A DNA stretch of 64,000 nucleotides from a virus (taxonomy: Duplodnaviria > Caudoviricetes), in the IMG/VR virus record IMGVR_UViG_3300013121_000046, one strand, 5' to 3'. Both the position numbers and the translations under genes were made by a program. The notes under the pieces are model-generated. The model was given only the letters and a program-made list of their open reading frames with translations, made no database searches and had not been told where the DNA came from. Of the stretch, positions 9,339 through 18,470 are shown piece by piece (position 1 is the stretch's first letter; each line of letters begins with the position of its first letter).

Positions 9339-9629
9339 TTATTCCTCGTCAGCGAAGTCATCTCCGCTATCTTCCCAATCATCCTCATCTTCTTCGTCTA
9401 ACCAATCCCCGTCTTCATCTTCCTCATCATCCCAATCCTCTTCTTCGTCATCCCAATCTTCGTCGTCCCCATCCTCATCCTCGTCTTCACCATCCCCGGC
9501 TTCGTCTTCCTCATCTTCATCCGCACCCTGATTCCACATATTTGGAAAACCCGGAATAGTTGTATCCGAGTTTTCCAAAGTCGCTGAATCAGAAAGAACT
9601 ACTTGAAAATCAGTAAAAATCACAGACAT
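9339..9629 (-). CDS. Extremely acidic Asp/Glu-rich small protein
   Basis: AGGAGG SD; ~60-residue D/E tail with spaced Trp. Confidence 0.75.
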   Translation of the reverse strand: MSVIFTDFQVVLSDSATLENSDTTIPGFPNMWNQGADEDEEDEAGDGEDEDEDGDDEDWDDEEEDWDDEEDEDGDWLDEEDEDDWEDSGDDFADEE

Positions 9630-9654
9630 AGAACCCTCCTAGGTTTAATCTACC

Positions 9655-9855
9655 TCAAGATTGATGAACCACTTCTGGGTGCGCTAAAACTTTCTCAACC
9701 AACTTACCCAACTCTGATCGACTCAAAATCACATGGGCTACATACCCCTGACTCTCCGTAGTCAACACCGCTCCGCGAGGATTTAACGAAAAGAAAAAAT
9801 CCCCGGAAATAACACGTTGCCTACCTGTATCCATAGACTTCTGAATTACACGCAC
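9655..9855 (-). CDS. Hypothetical protein
   Basis: 66 aa, AGGAG SD, GTG start. Confidence 0.55.
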   Translation of the reverse strand: MRVIQKSMDTGRQRVISGDFFFSLNPRGAVLTTESQGYVAHVILSRSELGKLVEKVLAHPEVVHQS

Positions 9856-9869
9856 AAAACACTCCTGTC

Positions 9870-10625
9870 TTAAAGTAAAATCCCAAAGTTAACTCCAGTA
9901 TCCTCCAAAGGGGGCTTCCGATACCGATTATCACAAGCTTGCTGAAACTCACACTGAGAACATACCCCGGAAGCGGGGGTAGCCTCCCTATTGCCCAAAC
10001 TCCAAGCTGCTAGTACCTGGGGTATTGTACCCCAAAATCCAGAAGCCATAGCTTTTTCGTGGGTGATAAATCGAACATCCCCCGTCCGCACCCAGAAATA
10101 CCCACCCCGACAGGGGGTGGAATTAACCAAGCCTAACAAATACTGTAACTGGGTATTACCCCCAGGGCGAGGCCTTAATGACGTACGACAAAGCCATACG
10201 CTCACTCCGTCGTCCTCCTCCAGAACAAAATCGGCTGTTCCCGACAACCAGCAGCCCTCAACCTCTCGTTGATAGGTTGTAACCCCTCGATACTTCCGCT
10301 CAAGCAAAAACGATTGGAGATTCTTAATTCCAACTGCTACTTCTCCGACTAAAATAGAACTACTTAAAGAACAAATAGCTCCCGTGTAGGCCTTAGCTAA
10401 CACCAAACTCTGGTCAACCAAAACCTCCAATTCATTTGTCTTTACTGGAGTACATAAATCCTGATCTCGGGACTTCAACCACTCTTTCAGCAAAAAACGA
10501 TAAGCTAGATACTTCGCATCTGCTCCCCTAGAAGGTCGTACCTGTATTTTATTCTCAAACCTAAATTGATATTTTTTAGGGCAAGTTAAGTACTCTTCTA
10601 ATTGATCCCAATCTATTGAGGGCAT
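9870..10625 (-). CDS. Cas4/AddB-like PD-(D/E)XK Fe-S protein, motif III degenerate
   Basis: YLTCP; GTAD; QLQY; CSQCEFQQAC; expected DyKT reads LCRT. Confidence 0.75.
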   Translation of the reverse strand: MPSIDWDQLEEYLTCPKKYQFRFENKIQVRPSRGADAKYLAYRFLLKEWLKSRDQDLCTPVKTNELEVLVDQSLVLAKAYTGAICSLSSSILVGEVAVGIKNLQSFLLERKYRGVTTYQREVEGCWLSGTADFVLEEDDGVSVWLCRTSLRPRPGGNTQLQYLLGLVNSTPCRGGYFWVRTGDVRFITHEKAMASGFWGTIPQVLAAWSLGNREATPASGVCSQCEFQQACDNRYRKPPLEDTGVNFGILL

Positions 10626-11713
10626 TCAACCAACTCCCGCTCTATGCTAGGAAGCTCCGCCTCTGCCCTAAGTAAAAGCTTCTGTGTCATATCTAACACT
10701 TTTTGCGGTGTTGTTCCCTGCGACCTAAGATTACTAAGAATATCTTCCACGGAAACTACCTCAGAACTCATTTTTTTAAGTTCTGATACAAACCGTTCCT
10801 CACGCACTGTTGCCTCTTTTACTCTTCTATGTTCGGCCAAGTCAAAAACTTCCTCATACGGTTGATGAGGAAGTTTCACATTCAAAACCTCATGTACCCC
10901 GGATGAATGAAAGCAGCATAAAGACACTTTTGGTTCACGATTTATATCTACAGAGCCTAGAGTCCCTCTAATCATCGCTCCGGGCTCGGAAATATAGTGC
11001 GGACCATCCTCATCGTGAACACAAACAATCCCACCATCCCTATGGGGGTGCCCAGATACCACAATATCAACCCCAGTCCCCTTAACAACATTATGCCCAA
11101 CTACAGGGTCCGAACCCTGATATTCCCCCTCCTGAGGACCCCAAAAACAGTGAGTTAGGGCCAAAGCCTTGGTCGCCCCCGTTTCCTTTTTTAACCTACT
11201 TATCTCTTTAGTAACAGATAATACCTTAAACCAGTTTCCAGGCCCTTCCGAAGTATACTCCTTCCCTAATAATAAAACCTTCGGAGAATCCTTTGTTGGC
11301 CCTTGAATCACGGCATACTCAGGCCAATGGATAGTTTGGATAGTACCACTAGCCACTAAAATACCAAAGGGATGCGTCTCTAAATCTGAGATTCTATTAT
11401 ACTCCATATCGTGATTACCGGCGATAGCAAAAACAGGACAAGGAAATTCCCTTAACTTTTGGATCAAGAGTCTAGTCAAAGAGTGTGATACTGATTTACC
11501 CCTTGGATGATGGAACAAATCTCCCGCAATCAAAAGCCCTGCCACCGGAGTCTTTTCTGTAGCATCGGCTGGCCAACGAACACCCTCAGTTAACTTTCTA
11601 ACCGCTTCGATCTTAGCTAACTGAGTCTCTAAGAAGTCTCGATCTTTTCTGGAAGCGGGTTTACGATCCGAGAAATGTGGATCACAGATTGCTAATAAGT
11701 AGGTGCCAGACAT
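10613..11713 (-). CDS. Mre11/SbcD-like metallophosphoesterase nuclease
   Basis: DPH, AGDLF, GNHD, GHPH, EPGAMIR. Confidence 0.85.
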   Translation of the reverse strand: MSGTYLLAICDPHFSDRKPASRKDRDFLETQLAKIEAVRKLTEGVRWPADATEKTPVAGLLIAGDLFHHPRGKSVSHSLTRLLIQKLREFPCPVFAIAGNHDMEYNRISDLETHPFGILVASGTIQTIHWPEYAVIQGPTKDSPKVLLLGKEYTSEGPGNWFKVLSVTKEISRLKKETGATKALALTHCFWGPQEGEYQGSDPVVGHNVVKGTGVDIVVSGHPHRDGGIVCVHDEDGPHYISEPGAMIRGTLGSVDINREPKVSLCCFHSSGVHEVLNVKLPHQPYEEVFDLAEHRRVKEATVREERFVSELKKMSSEVVSVEDILSNLRSQGTTPQKVLDMTQKLLLRAEAELPSIERELVECPQ

Positions 11714-11724
11714 AAGAAATTCCC

Positions 11725-11979
11725 TTAAAGGGTCACACCCAATTCCGCCCGACGATCTAGGGAGGATATCATAAATCTTCTCTGATCTTTGCTCGTAACA
11801 GTCATTGCGGATAGTCCAATAGTCGTTAATACCTCGAAAGTCTTGCCCATATCTGGGTGTGCCATACCATCTTTAATTGCTTCTAACTTAGCCCAGACAG
11901 TCGAAGGTAAAGTCACAAACCTAGTATCCAGTTCCGCACTATCTGCTGATTCAGTCATTATTTTTTCCTTGTTTTCCAC
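11725..11979 (-). CDS. Small hypothetical protein (possible ribbon-helix-helix)
   Basis: RFVTLPSTVWAKLEAIK pattern. Confidence 0.45.
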   Translation of the reverse strand: MENKEKIMTESADSAELDTRFVTLPSTVWAKLEAIKDGMAHPDMGKTFEVLTTIGLSAMTVTSKDQRRFMISSLDRRAELGVTL

Positions 11980-13090
11980 AGACAGGGCAATACCCCAAAG
12001 TCTGGAGAGTTGCTCTAGTTTCTCTTTCCGTCTTTGCTAGATCTACTCGGGCTTCATCAGATTCCCGAAATAATTTTTCTTTTTCTTTCAGGATGCCCCT
12101 TCGCCTATCTCGTAACCGAGTGAGACAACTCAACCGGTTGGTGCTCAATTGGATAGTCGGTATTTCACACTTGGGCGAAGATAGCCCAGAAACCTTTCCC
12201 AGTCTATTAGAGATACCCTTTACCTTGAAGTACCGGCCTCCCACACCCAAGGGTGAAGGTACTGTCCATGTACTTACCTGAGCTTGTACTCTAAGACCTA
12301 CTTGCACCCTTAGGTATCTTTTTAGTATACTGACTCGCATCCAAGATCGGTCAAAATCTACCTTAGCCGGAACCCTCTGGGTCTTCACAGCCATAAGAAT
12401 TGTCTGACTACGCAGAGCCTCTCGCATTCTACCTTTGAGCACACGTAATTTTTCTAACCGATTTCTACTGACTTTAATCCTATCCCCCAATTCCTGGAGG
12501 GTCTTTAACCTCTCAGACAGACTGCCAGAAAAAGTCTGAAGAGCAGATAACCTAACTGTCACTGAATCCAGTTGTTCATTCAATACCCTTAACTCAACTT
12601 TTCTATCTCGCAAATCTTTCTGGCCTACTTTGACTGCGAGGGACACTTTCTGAGAAGCCTGTGTCGCAGCCAATAGCTCAGCCGTTACCGCAGGTGAATC
12701 CTCACCAAGAATGAACAAAGAGTCATGCTGCCTAGCAACTTGAGGATAGTACTTTTTACCTCCTACCGACAAACTTTGAATTCCCAAGGACTCAACTTCC
12801 CTTGGGATGGTCCTACCAATTTTTTCTATAGTTTTCCCATCCACATCATACTGCACCCCAGCCGAAGTTCTAGCCCACCGTACCTGTTTTCCCGGAACGG
12901 ATAGAACAACGTCAGCAAAAGACTCCCCCTTTTTAATACAGGAACTGCCCCCGGAATTTAATAGTGCAGATCGAATAGCTCTGAGAATTGCAGACTTACC
13001 TCGATTACTCTCCCCTGTAATCGCTGTGAATCCAGAAATATCTAATTCTGCGGATTCAATAGCCTGGTAATTTCTAATCTTAACTTTCAC
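11951..13090 (-). CDS. Rad50/SbcC N-terminal half (Walker A, Q-loop, coiled coil, zinc hook)
   Basis: IRNYQAI, GESNRGKS, RQHD, terminal CPVCG; no signature or Walker B. Confidence 0.8.
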   Translation of the reverse strand: MKVKIRNYQAIESAELDISGFTAITGESNRGKSAILRAIRSALLNSGGSSCIKKGESFADVVLSVPGKQVRWARTSAGVQYDVDGKTIEKIGRTIPREVESLGIQSLSVGGKKYYPQVARQHDSLFILGEDSPAVTAELLAATQASQKVSLAVKVGQKDLRDRKVELRVLNEQLDSVTVRLSALQTFSGSLSERLKTLQELGDRIKVSRNRLEKLRVLKGRMREALRSQTILMAVKTQRVPAKVDFDRSWMRVSILKRYLRVQVGLRVQAQVSTWTVPSPLGVGGRYFKVKGISNRLGKVSGLSSPKCEIPTIQLSTNRLSCLTRLRDRRRGILKEKEKLFRESDEARVDLAKTERETRATLQTLGYCPVCGKQGKNND

Positions 13091-13343
13091 TGGAAAGCTT
13101 CTCCGTAAATATACAACCTGCTTTTTTCATTGCAGTGTAAACCGAAAGAGCTACCGAAGTTCTATGTAACTCAACCTGCGTAACTATTCCTGACCATTCA
13201 TCCTGTGATACTGGGGGTAAACCACAAGAGGCTAATACTCGATCTATTACCCTCTTCGCCTCATCTCGATCCCCCGGGGTTTTAGCCACTACACCGTAGT
13301 GTAGAAGAATAATCTCTCTTCTTGTCAAGCTATTGAGAGTCAT
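13080..13343 (-). CDS. Hypothetical protein (likely start MTLNSL)
   Basis: Short ORF between DUF6065 gene and SbcC half. Confidence 0.5.
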   Translation of the reverse strand: MTLNSLTRREIILLHYGVVAKTPGDRDEAKRVIDRVLASCGLPPVSQDEWSGIVTQVELHRTSVALSVYTAMKKAGCIFTEKLSSES

Positions 13344-14217
13344 GTCCGGATTTTTCTTCTTTCGGAACACTAGAAACAAAGAAGGTCTTTTTTCTACCCC
13401 CTTCACCATAGATGGTTATCGGTCGATGCTTAGAGTCTGGGGCCTCATACTTTTGTTGCTTAACTGGACGAAGATCCTCAAAAGACCTAACATCCAACTT
13501 TGTTTGATGTTCAGCATAGACAGTATCATCCCCAACATGTTTACCCTGAAAGTAAGTTTTCTGCCAGGATTGCTGTGCCGCCTCACTACCTGGAATAGTC
13601 AAATCCGAATTGAACTTATCCCGAGACTTACTCCATGTCTTGTACTGCTTTGCTAAAACTGGATCGTCCTCCACCAACCTTAGTTCCGGTTTTAGAGATT
13701 CTGATAGACCTCGGGTCATCGGCACAATAACACACATAGGCTCCCCTGCCTCGAATATCACCTCTCCTGGTCGAGTGAACTTCCAGTTCATAGTAAAAGA
13801 ACTGGAAGCCCAGTCTGTTTCCACAACCCCTTCTAAGGCAGCTATACCATCCTTTGGAGAATTAGCCGGCCCCTTAACCCAAAGATTTACATTTTTGGGG
13901 GTCCGAAAAACATAACCAATGGAAAAGGTCAATACACCCCCACCGAAATGCGAAGTAGGTAGCTGAGATGCCTTATCCCAAAACCGTATCTTGATAGCCC
14001 CCTTATCCATCTTACCATTCCAATGGGCGGTGAAACTAGCCGGATTTAGTATCTCCCACCCTTCGAGGTTTGCTATATTCAACGGCAAACACCGATAGGG
14101 AACCCTCTCGTGAAATGCTTCCATCCAATATCGAGAAAGTTGGGCTGGACGAACCACCGGTGGTTCAGAGATCACCGCATAGGCAAATATTTTTTGCTCT
14201 CCGGAGGCATCAGACAT
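13330..14217 (-). CDS. DUF6065-family protein
   Basis: RYWM...YRCLPL.IAN..GWEIL, SHFGGGVLTF, GP.N.PKDGI..LEGVVETDW...FTMNWKFTRP. Confidence 0.75.
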   Translation of the reverse strand: MSDASGEQKIFAYAVISEPPVVRPAQLSRYWMEAFHERVPYRCLPLNIANLEGWEILNPASFTAHWNGKMDKGAIKIRFWDKASQLPTSHFGGGVLTFSIGYVFRTPKNVNLWVKGPANSPKDGIAALEGVVETDWASSSFTMNWKFTRPGEVIFEAGEPMCVIVPMTRGLSESLKPELRLVEDDPVLAKQYKTWSKSRDKFNSDLTIPGSEAAQQSWQKTYFQGKHVGDDTVYAEHQTKLDVRSFEDLRPVKQQKYEAPDSKHRPITIYGEGGRKKTFFVSSVPKEEKSGHDSQ

Positions 14218-15685
14218 TGAGTAGTTCCTTACTGGGGGCTTCTTCCTTAGACTTACTGACTTCCTCAGACTCCAATTTCTCCAATCGCTTAATCAATCTA
14301 GTTACCTCATCCACCAAGTACTTTTTATCCGCAACACTAACCCTTAATTCAAACTTCTCCAATTCTCTGACCCGATAGGTATCCTCTTCCCCATCGAAGG
14401 TGTACCCAGTGCCGGACTCTTCCTCGATCAAACCCAGAAGTAAACCCTGCTCATAGATCGAACTAGCCTGGCTCAACTGCGCCAAAGTTAGTCCCTTACC
14501 CAGCTTAAGCTCGAACTTTGTATCATTACTCATCATCCCAGTATCTATATCCAGAGTAACCACATTTAGCTGCTCCTTACCGATGGCTTCCGCCGAATCC
14601 CATTGTAGTACCTTCTTAAGGTACTCCTGGGCCTCTCGATCATCTCTCAAAGCGTCAATAAATTTCTTCTCCCCCTGAGATTTAAGCACCCGATGAGGCA
14701 TTTCTATCGAGTAGTAACCACCTCTTGCAGACTTCTGGATAAGAAACTTGCCCCCACCCAGGTCTTTAATTAGGGCTAACTCTACCAAAGTTCTCAGGGA
14801 ATCAATCCCTCGACCAAACTCAATGTAGAACAGCGCACTACGATAGGGCTCAGCACATTTGTTTTTCCAGGTTATAGCTCGTACCACACTAGCAAAAGGC
14901 CGAGACTCAATTTCCCCAGACATGGGGTTGGCAACCTCAGCAGCTAAGACTTTCTTTACCGCTAAACGAATTCGTAAAGAGCAATAGAAGGGTAGTGCTC
15001 TACCGCCAGGAGTAACATCCTTATCAGATCCGGGCAGGCCTGGGATTCCCTTATTATGATCGAACTTATTCATCGAGATATAGGCTCGAAGCTGATTCAA
15101 AAGTAAGAAAGTGGTATTATGATCTGCCGCATACTTCGACCACCGAGGCAACAGATCAGCAATTCCCCGAGCCTGTAGTCCTGGTTGTGGACTTGAATCT
15201 TCATCTCGTGACTCAAAGGCCTTCATCGGAGTCATGGCTGGAACAGAATCTACCACAATAATAGCCGGGCAAAGTTTCTTAGCGAACATCTCCCGAACAA
15301 CTTCGTCTCCCTGACCAATAGTATCCGGCCTAAAGACTAAAAAACGATTTTCAACTACGTACTTAGCCAACTGAAGAGTCTCTAAGTACTCTTTTGTGAT
15401 GGTTCTCTCATAATCCAAAATGACACAGAGAGAATCTGGGTTACGAGATAGCTCCTTTTCGCACAACTGTAAAGCAACGGTCGTCTTTCCAGACGACTCA
15501 TGCCCCGACAACTCCACAATCCGACCCCTAGGTATCCCCCCAACCCCGGTTATATAATCTAAGGGGGGACAATCCGTGGAAATCACCTCAACTTTTGTCG
15601 AGTTGATATCATGGAATATCTTCTGCTTGCCATAGAAGGAAATAAAGCTATCCAAGGCATTTCTATCAATCATTATTTTCCCCAA
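14210..15685 (-). CDS. recA: RecA recombinase with long C-terminal extension
   Basis: GGIPRGRIVELSGHESSGKTT, VVDSV, GLQAR, NQLR, TPGGRAL.FY, KNK. Confidence 0.92.
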   Translation of the reverse strand: MGKIMIDRNALDSFISFYGKQKIFHDINSTKVEVISTDCPPLDYITGVGGIPRGRIVELSGHESSGKTTVALQLCEKELSRNPDSLCVILDYERTITKEYLETLQLAKYVVENRFLVFRPDTIGQGDEVVREMFAKKLCPAIIVVDSVPAMTPMKAFESRDEDSSPQPGLQARGIADLLPRWSKYAADHNTTFLLLNQLRAYISMNKFDHNKGIPGLPGSDKDVTPGGRALPFYCSLRIRLAVKKVLAAEVANPMSGEIESRPFASVVRAITWKNKCAEPYRSALFYIEFGRGIDSLRTLVELALIKDLGGGKFLIQKSARGGYYSIEMPHRVLKSQGEKKFIDALRDDREAQEYLKKVLQWDSAEAIGKEQLNVVTLDIDTGMMSNDTKFELKLGKGLTLAQLSQASSIYEQGLLLGLIEEESGTGYTFDGEEDTYRVRELEKFELRVSVADKKYLVDEVTRLIKRLEKLESEEVSKSKEEAPSKELLNV

Positions 15686-16961
15686 GAATCGGCGTGACTA
15701 GTCCATTAAGAATAAAAGTTTCCCCCACTAGCCCAGACAAGACGGCATTGGGGGTACTATTTTTCTTTTTCTCTGTACCAATAACTCGATCAGTACTCAC
15801 CCCTGGAACACCCATATGATACAGAGTTTCCCAAGCTGCAATTGCATTCTTTGTTTTAGCCCAAGGTCGGATTTGTGCTGCCGCAGCACTTAAGTTCTCT
15901 GGAGAAATGTCCTCAGAATCAAAATCAACTCGGATTCCCAAAGACACTAGTAAATCTCTACCCTCTCGTAAGGGATTTACTAGTGTGGGGTGTGTAGGAA
16001 GTTCTTCCTTAACTGACCTTCCCCCCCAAAAGGGTGGGAGTTTAATACTTGAAAAGAATATCTTTAGCAGACTCTGATAATCTGCTTGCGACCTTAGGAA
16101 GAGTTTCCATCGAGGTTCCCCGAAAGTATTCAGGGTCGCATATCGACCCCACCGAACTCCAAAGTTCGCACAAACCAATTGGACCGTCTCACTAACTTCA
16201 CTATTTTCCAGTTCCAACTCAAAATCCCTAACCGTCCATTGACCATTGGCAAGCACTAATCCGGTAATCCAAGCTTTCTGAATTTCTTCTGTAGCCTCTC
16301 GAATGTACCGAGGAATTTTGTGGTTAGCCTCATGTACCAAAAACCTCATTTCAGAACGAATAACAGCTAGACCAGTGAACTTCATGTAGGCAGAGTTTGC
16401 AGCAAAAATAGATTGCTTTGTGGCGTCCAAAGCCCATTGGCGGACTCGGTTTCTCTGGATCGCGCTACTCGTAGGAAGGACGAGCTTATCACCCCGCAAT
16501 TCAGCCCCCACCAGAGCCCCGTAGAGGCTAGCCTCAGCCTCCGACACCTCGTCCCCCTCACCAAAGCACCGATGCCCCGCCTTGACTACCACGATCATAC
16601 CAGGGCGTAGGCTCTGGGCCTGGCACCAAGATCCATGCCCGGTCTTATTAAGGGTGAGTATCCGACTATCCGGAGTGGCCAAAATATTATGCCCACACTC
16701 CGTTCGCACCTGAGTCAGAAAACTATCGTTATAATGCAAACCTAAAGCCAGGGTCCGGGAATCCATACTCTGAATTGGTATTGCTGTAGGTCGCTTATCC
16801 GCAGTCAAAAATCGACCCAATTGGCCCTTAAGAATTTCTCCTTCAGAATTTCTAACCCAATAGGCCTCTGAAACTAGGTCTGACAATTTCAGTATTCCCC
16901 GATCAGGTGAAAACACATAGCTATCCAAGCTAAAGCCGGCTATTTTGAGTGTCGGACCCAC
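15666..16961 (-). CDS. Free-standing inactivated intein-like protein (Hint + LAGLIDADG); likely GTG start 16961 (track start 17045)
   Basis: Intein blocks in order: GFSLDSYVFSPDRGILKLSDL; VRTECGHNILATPDS; LYGALVGAE; IPRYI..AWITGLVLANG; DRV...TFILNGLVTP. Confidence 0.75.
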   Translation of the reverse strand: MGPTLKIAGFSLDSYVFSPDRGILKLSDLVSEAYWVRNSEGEILKGQLGRFLTADKRPTAIPIQSMDSRTLALGLHYNDSFLTQVRTECGHNILATPDSRILTLNKTGHGSWCQAQSLRPGMIVVVKAGHRCFGEGDEVSEAEASLYGALVGAELRGDKLVLPTSSAIQRNRVRQWALDATKQSIFAANSAYMKFTGLAVIRSEMRFLVHEANHKIPRYIREATEEIQKAWITGLVLANGQWTVRDFELELENSEVSETVQLVCANFGVRWGRYATLNTFGEPRWKLFLRSQADYQSLLKIFFSSIKLPPFWGGRSVKEELPTHPTLVNPLREGRDLLVSLGIRVDFDSEDISPENLSAAAAQIRPWAKTKNAIAAWETLYHMGVPGVSTDRVIGTEKKKNSTPNAVLSGLVGETFILNGLVTPILGENND

Positions 16962-16998
16962 CTGGACTCCCTTCCAAACTATGGGTGAAGGAAACTGA

Positions 16999-17277
16999 TT
17001 ACCACTCTGAAGCACGCTTAGGCTTCGGACAAACTTTTTTACCATTGGAGTCTACTCGATGCTGCTTCACCGGGAAACCACAAGTAGTGCAAACGTCTAA
17101 GGTTTCCTCGGAACTTGCCTTAACCGGCTCTATTACTTTCTTACGAAGCATTGTTCTGGACCCAGGAACCGGACATATTTTTCTACCTCGTACTGATTTA
17201 TGAAGCTTTCCGGGAAACCCACAGGACATACAGATATGCTGGTCAGCTTCATTCCCTGGGGCTGGTTTAGGAGGCAT
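16999..17277 (-). CDS. Tandem Zn-finger protein
   Basis: Two CxxCGFPxKxH-x(5-6)-GxKxCP units. Confidence 0.7.
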   Translation of the reverse strand: MPPKPAPGNEADQHICMSCGFPGKLHKSVRGRKICPVPGSRTMLRKKVIEPVKASSEETLDVCTTCGFPVKQHRVDSNGKKVCPKPKRASEW

Positions 17278-17491
17278 TGAAATTCCTATCTTGCCACGAT
17301 TTCCAAGCCAAGGAGGCTCGAATTATTAGGTAGCACGACAAAGGGATTAACCCCCAAAGATTATTCTGGTAGGCCATCTGCAAATAAAAAATTTGGCCTA
17401 AAACACAAACCAACCAGCCGGAAGCTTTGTGCCTAGCTGTTAACTCCATTGAAAGGACTGTGCAAATAGCTGCTAACCAACTTATTAACAT
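17267..17491 (-). CDS. Small PnuC-like membrane protein
   Basis: About three hydrophobic segments, GWL..VLGQ, terminal W..W. Confidence 0.55.
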   Translation of the reverse strand: MLISWLAAICTVLSMELTARHKASGWLVCVLGQIFYLQMAYQNNLWGLIPLSCYLIIRASLAWKSWQDRNFNAS

Positions 17492-17492
17492 C

Positions 17493-17780
17493 CTAAAAAT
17501 TCCGAGCTATAAATCTACGCAATAAACGAGGATGCCTAACATTAGTTGACTCATCTAAAATGATTGCTGTGAGTAGCTTACGGTAGTCAGGCCCCAATTT
17601 TTTCTTGACATAGATAAAAAACTTTTTACGGAGTTTAGGGTTCTCACTCATCTCAGAGAGGAAGGGTCCCACGAAAGTATCCAAAAATTCCTCGGGAGGA
17701 TCCTTAAATATCTCGGGGTCTAAACCAAAGAGGGAGGCTAAAGGGGGATTCATTAGAAATTTTCTAGAGAAAAGCTTCAA
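17493..17780 (-). CDS. Hypothetical protein
   Basis: 95-aa ORF in operon. Confidence 0.5.
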   Translation of the reverse strand: MKLFSRKFLMNPPLASLFGLDPEIFKDPPEEFLDTFVGPFLSEMSENPKLRKKFFIYVKKKLGPDYRKLLTAIILDESTNVRHPRLLRRFIARNF

Positions 17781-18036
17781 ACTGGCCCAAATTTTGAACT
17801 ATCACAGGTAATCCTTCCCACGAACCACTTCCTACTAAGTCTCGAAAAATAACTGCCGCTTTACCCCGAGGGGTTCTCCTTAGATATACTACCAGAACTA
17901 ATAGCTTTCTACCACTTACTTGACAGAAATTTACCCCTAAGTTGTAGAACCAACCATACGGAGCGAGTATCCCCAATAATCGAGAGATGCTCTCAGCATC
18001 TTTCTTGGAAACACAGGGAACAGTTTTTTTTGACAC
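17764..18036 (-). CDS. Hypothetical protein (likely GTG start 18036)
   Basis: ORF in operon; start chosen to avoid long overlap. Confidence 0.45.
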   Translation of the reverse strand: MSKKTVPCVSKKDAESISRLLGILAPYGWFYNLGVNFCQVSGRKLLVLVVYLRRTPRGKAAVIFRDLVGSGSWEGLPVIVQNLGQFEAFL

Positions 18037-18053
18037 AGGATCAAACCCAGGGG

Positions 18054-18470
18054 TTACTGCAATAGATGTAGAACCCAATCTACTGCCTCTCGGAGAACTG
18101 AAGTTTGAAACCAAGCTATTTCTCCAAGGATTTCTTGATCGTAGGGATTTCCTCCTAACTCTCTGCACACCACTATAGGTTTTCCTAAAGACTTAGCTAA
18201 AGAAATCTCTAATACGGTCCAGAGATCAATCTTTTTAGCCCCCAACAAATTAACAAGAAAGGCATCACATTTAGATATTTGCCATTGAGATACTCGGAGA
18301 AGACTACCGATTAAGGGGGAAGACCCCTCCTCATCCTCAACTTTTCCATAGGGCGAGACACAATTAAAATACTCTGGAACTAAACTTTCGACTTCTTCCT
18401 TCCAACCAGTAAGACCTGAGGGGTCTTTTATGTTTAATCCAGCTAGGTAAACAGTATATCCATGAGACAT
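18054..18470 (-). CDS. Nucleoside 2-deoxyribosyltransferase-like protein, divergent
   Basis: VYLAG, ISKCDAFLVNL, TVLEI..A...GKPIVV. Confidence 0.7.
   Translation of the reverse strand: MSHGYTVYLAGLNIKDPSGLTGWKEEVESLVPEYFNCVSPYGKVEDEEGSSPLIGSLLRVSQWQISKCDAFLVNLLGAKKIDLWTVLEISLAKSLGKPIVVCRELGGNPYDQEILGEIAWFQTSVLREAVDWVLHLLQ

Noticed and set aside
9870-10625. CRISPR-Cas system
   Set aside because: Solo Cas4-like gene; no array or other cas genes seen
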